This document shows, piece by piece, positions 63,381-64,000 of a DNA stretch of 64,000 bases (within the stretch, counting starts at the first letter, position 1; each line of letters opens with the position of its first letter). A program made the translations under genes and the position numbers. The stretch lies in contig NC_043008.1 of the NCBI RefSeq assembly GCF_006345805.1, positions 68,510,001-68,574,000 on the forward strand, read 5' to 3'. The stretch comes from Octopus sinensis. Its lineage: Eukaryota. Under the pieces are notes generated by a model. The model saw only the letters and a list, made by a program, of their open reading frames with translations, was not told the DNA's origin and searched no databases.

Positions 63381-64000
63381 CTTTTCCATGCCCTTGAACA
63401 TCCCGTAAAGTAAGTTAGCTTAAAATTAGTTACTTAGTTCCCTAGGTTGTTGCTTTTCACCAAAAATCACTTCAAGTTGATTTCCTACATGTTTTATAGG
63501 ATAAACTTATTATTGTCCCAGGTACGTTCTCATAAATTTATCATGCTTTTCCATCTAAATATACCTCCAGCTAACCCATTTGCATGCATCGTTTTTCTCC
63601 TTCTTTTCTTCCATCAATCTGTACATAACTGCACCTTCCATTTTTTGTTGTTTTTGTACTGCTTAAAGGCATGTTTCTTTCCTGCCAAGCTTACTGTTTA
63701 AACCATGTTTGTGTTCTCCCAGTCAACAGCCTTATCATTACTGCTACTTTAAACTCTTCGGTTGCATATTTGTGTGAATAAAATCATTTTTCTTTGGAAT
63801 AGAAAAGAAGCCTATCTTTATTTCTTCTTTTGCTGGTGTCTCAAATTTAGGTTAAATCGGTGTTTCTCAAAGGGGAGGCCTATGGGACTGTCGGACAAGT
63901 TGTTTAGAGAAAATTTGGTTTAAATGTTTGACAACTCAGCACCGTCCACTGGACGGCGGGCGTTTTGCTCATATATATATACAGATACATATAAAAACAG

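Overview
AT-rich, microsatellite-saturated animal DNA. The SINE/LINE families look like those of octopods (Octopus); this is pattern recall, not a database search. I found no recognisable host protein-coding gene, tRNA/rRNA gene or CRISPR array, and almost all ORFs in the track are simple-repeat artefacts. The real coding remnants are all from mobile elements: a near-intact CR1-clade reverse transcriptase (11571-12866), other CR1, RTE, Tx1-like, R4/Dong-like and Penelope GIY-YIG fragments, a DD37E (TRT-type) and a DD37D (maT-type) transposon, and further Tc1/mariner/piggyBac derivatives. At least three tRNA-headed SINE families occur, some in head-to-tail arrays. The most interesting signal lies outside the ORF track: five to six sequence-unrelated type I hammerhead-ribozyme folds with short (near-)palindromic stem III (22301, 27698, 36354, 45535, 59322, 60357), the architecture known from Penelope-like elements and retrozymes. 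Other notable items are several fold-back structures anchored in (TA)n runs, a CR1 LINE and a SINE sharing a covarying 3' stem-loop, a 553-bp element found only inside (AAT)n, and a ~900-bp terminally redundant element. All folds were assigned by eye and none has been tested.
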